Shown piece after piece: positions 61,783 to 64,000 of a stretch of DNA of 64,000 nucleotides; the first letter of the stretch is position 1, and each line of letters begins with the position of its first letter. The DNA is from Marsupella aquatica (taxonomy: Eukaryota; Plantae; Marchantiophyta). The stretch covers positions 1,116,860 to 1,180,859 of the forward strand of contig OZ316893.1 of the NCBI GenBank assembly GCA_973895155.1. The letters run 5' to 3'. The notes beneath the pieces are model-generated. The model saw only the letters and a list, made by a program, of their open reading frames with translations. It was not told where the DNA came from and made no database searches. The translations under genes were made by a program, and so were the position numbers.

Positions 61783-62605
61783 TATATATATGGAGGAACA
61801 TACATCATGTGCAATGGATTGGATTATTTATGATACTCCTTAATCACTTTAAATAAAGTCATATGATACCAAATATATAATGGCACATAACATTTTTCAA
61901 TTAACAAACCATATAATGTCACTAACATTTTAATAAGTATTTCTCAAAATGATTAAAATAACCCTATACTTAGTCACAAGTGATGTGTCCCTGGAGTGAC
62001 TCCTTGTGGAAAGTGGTGCTATATGTAGATGACGTGAGTGGAATTAATCTGTGGACCCCCATGTTCATCCGAGGAATGTGTGTGTGATGAAGTGAAATCA
62101 ATTTTTCAGCAAGGCGGTAACCGATGGTTTTGAGTCTCCCGATGGTCTTGATGTGTGTTTGTACAAACAAGAACGTTCAAAAGATAGAGGAGATTTATCA
62201 AAAGGAAGGTTGAAGGTGGAGGAATTGAGTTTTTTGACGGTTTTTGCTTACACATTGGAGAAATCATGTTTCTATCATTCCTGATTGATCGTTTGTGAGT
62301 TACATTGAGCATTATTGTCACAAGACAGACTGGAGGACAATACTCAACTGTTGGCAAAAGAGTGCTTGTCAATTCGGTGGGAAGAACGCACAAAATGAAC
62401 GAGCCATCACTTCACATGAAGGATTTGTAGTTTTTTTATTTAAGAAAGTTATAGTGTGAGGGAGAGACCAACAATTGTTTCTTTGACATAGAGGCTGCAT
62501 TTGGTGTCAACCTGTTTTCAGAGTGAGCTTCAATTGAAGACTAGAGGGATACAAACAATTCAAGTCGGGAAGCAAACATTGTGGACAAACGATGATGACG
62601 TAATC

Positions 62606-62935
62606 TTGGGGGGGTCACTTCCACGAAAGTGGCACATCACGTGCGACGAAGTATAGACCCATTTAAATAGGTGTGGCGGAAGACTTCCATAGTTTGATGG
62701 AATAACACATAGGGCATGTTTTATTGACTAATCAACTTTAAAGAACACATAGGCCTATTTAATTATAAAAAATATTTTTTTTAAAGTTTTTAGGGGTTTT
62801 TTAGTAAAACATGACAAAATTTAAGAAAGAAAGGGTTTTGCAAAAAAATACTTTTTACTTACAAGTTAGGGGGTCAAACCCTAAAACGTCGCATGCGATG
62901 TATGGCCCTCCATGTAGTGACCCCCCCCCCCCAGA
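62606..62935. mobile_element. MITE with G-run termini and an 8-bp TSD
   Basis: GGGGGGGTCACT...AGTGACCCCCCC with ~40-bp imperfect TIRs; ACGTAATC at 62598-62605 and 62936-62943. Confidence 0.7.
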
Positions 62936-62974
62936 ACGTAATCAAAGAAATCAATTTGCAGTGGCTAAATTTGT

Positions 62975-63490
62975 GACGGTGACAAGATAGTGATATCTCT
63001 TAATCGAGAAAGGGTTTCCAATGAGCCTCAGATTGACAAATTTTGTCAAGTTCCAAATGAGTTTCTGAATTTCTTTACCTTTCCAATGAGTATAAGAAAT
63101 TTTGATTATGAGCTCATGAATTCTTTTAGCTTTCCAACATTGAGTCCGACATTGATAAATTCCATGTCAGATTTGTCACGGTACTAAAGAGATCATGAGG
63201 TTTTCAATCTCTCTAGCTTTCTAATGTGTGACATTGAGATTATTTGTCAAGAATTAGAGAGATCATGAGTATCTGAATTTTTCTAGCTTTCCAATGAACC
63301 TAAACATTGATAGATGTTGTCAAGTACTAAGGAGATGATGAGTTTCTAATTTTACTCTAGCTTTCCAGTCAGTGTGACATTGAGATATTTGATCAAGACA
63401 CTACTAAAGAGGTCACGAGCTTCTAAATCTTGATCTTGAGTTTTCCAATTAATCAAACATTGACATATTCTATCAAGTACTAAGGAGATT
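62975..63490. repeat. Degenerate ~70-bp tandem array
   Basis: Recurrent ctttccaat...acattga...ttgtcaag..ta..gagatcatgag. Confidence 0.7.
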
Positions 63491-63666
63491 GATTATTTAG
63501 TTTTACAATGTGGAGCCATTTAGGGATTCTAACTATGTACATTTCTATCGATTGGTTTTTTCAAAATTGCAAACAATTAAAAAACTACAAACATTTTGAT
63601 ATATTTTTGACAACATCAGAATGGTAATTTTATTTTACTAAATGATATCTCTTCCTTTGTATTTTG

Positions 63667-64000
63667 TGCTGGAATTGTCAACAGCATGGACCAGCTAGGA
63701 ATTGAACCTAGGACCTCCAGTGTACATCATAGTGCTCTACCACTTCTAAGCTAGAGGCCCTTCATGCCTGCATCCCTCATCAGTTTGAGTGAGGTTCGTT
63801 TCCAACACCCTCCCTTGAGCCACACTCACTACAAGGGAAACTCCTGATCTTTGGCTCTGATACCATGCTGGAATTGTCAACAACATGGACCAGCTAGGAA
63901 TTGAACCTAGGACCTCCAGTGTACATCATAGTGCTCTACCACTGAGCTACAGGCCCATCATGCCTGCATCCCTCATCAGTTTGAGTGAGGTTCATTTCCA
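63667..64000 (-). mobile_element. Miniature non-autonomous LTR retrotransposon (TRIM) with tRNA-derived LTRs
   Basis: LTRs at 63667-63807 and 63866->64000 (TG...CA, near-identical). The 58-bp internal region has PBS TGGTATCAGAGC (63865-63854) and PPT AGGGAGGG (63815-63808) on the minus strand. Confidence 0.9.
63886..63956 (-). ncRNA. tRNA-like cassette inside the 5' LTR (not a functional tRNA)
   Basis: GGGCCTG-TA-GCTC-AGTGGTA-GAGC-A-CTATGATGTACACTG-GAGGTC-CTAGG-TTCAATT-CCTAG-CTGGTCC-A: D and T stems perfect, acceptor stem 6/7, A and B boxes intact, anticodon arm short and unpaired. Confidence 0.75.

Noticed and set aside
61519-61833. 104-aa ORF as a nuclear rps12 gene
   Set aside because: It runs through an AT microsatellite and contains only ~34 codons of S12.
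63886-63956. Functional tRNA gene
   Set aside because: The anticodon arm is short and unpaired, and the sequence is part of a duplicated LTR.

Overview
Eukaryotic nuclear DNA from a land plant, most likely a liverwort (inferred from the mitochondrial rps12 fragment, the signal-peptide PPO and the repeat landscape). Four host genes are supported: an intronless mitochondrial-type ALDH2 (4386-6056), a FAM32A-like small protein (15413-15844), a 16-exon PH-domain oxysterol-binding-protein-related gene (26500-34244) and an intronless polyphenol oxidase with a secretory signal (53607-55343). The rest is transposon-rich. Two elements stand out. (1) An apparently intact 5.45-kb PIF/Harbinger-superfamily element (38836-44287; 17-bp perfect TIRs, ATT target duplication) carries a DDE transposase, a Myb/SANT-like partner and a third intact ORF resembling the zinc-binding C-terminal OB fold of RPA1. 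Short MITEs with the same termini lie elsewhere in the window. (2) A ~340-bp miniature LTR retroelement (63667->64000) has LTRs built around a tRNA-like Pol III cassette, and a decayed relative lies inside a Copia relic. Also present: solo LTRs, tRNA-like SINE heads, nested foldback elements, a G/C-rich dispersed repeat, several tandem arrays and a small rps12 NUMT. All calls come from reading the sequence; no database searches were run.
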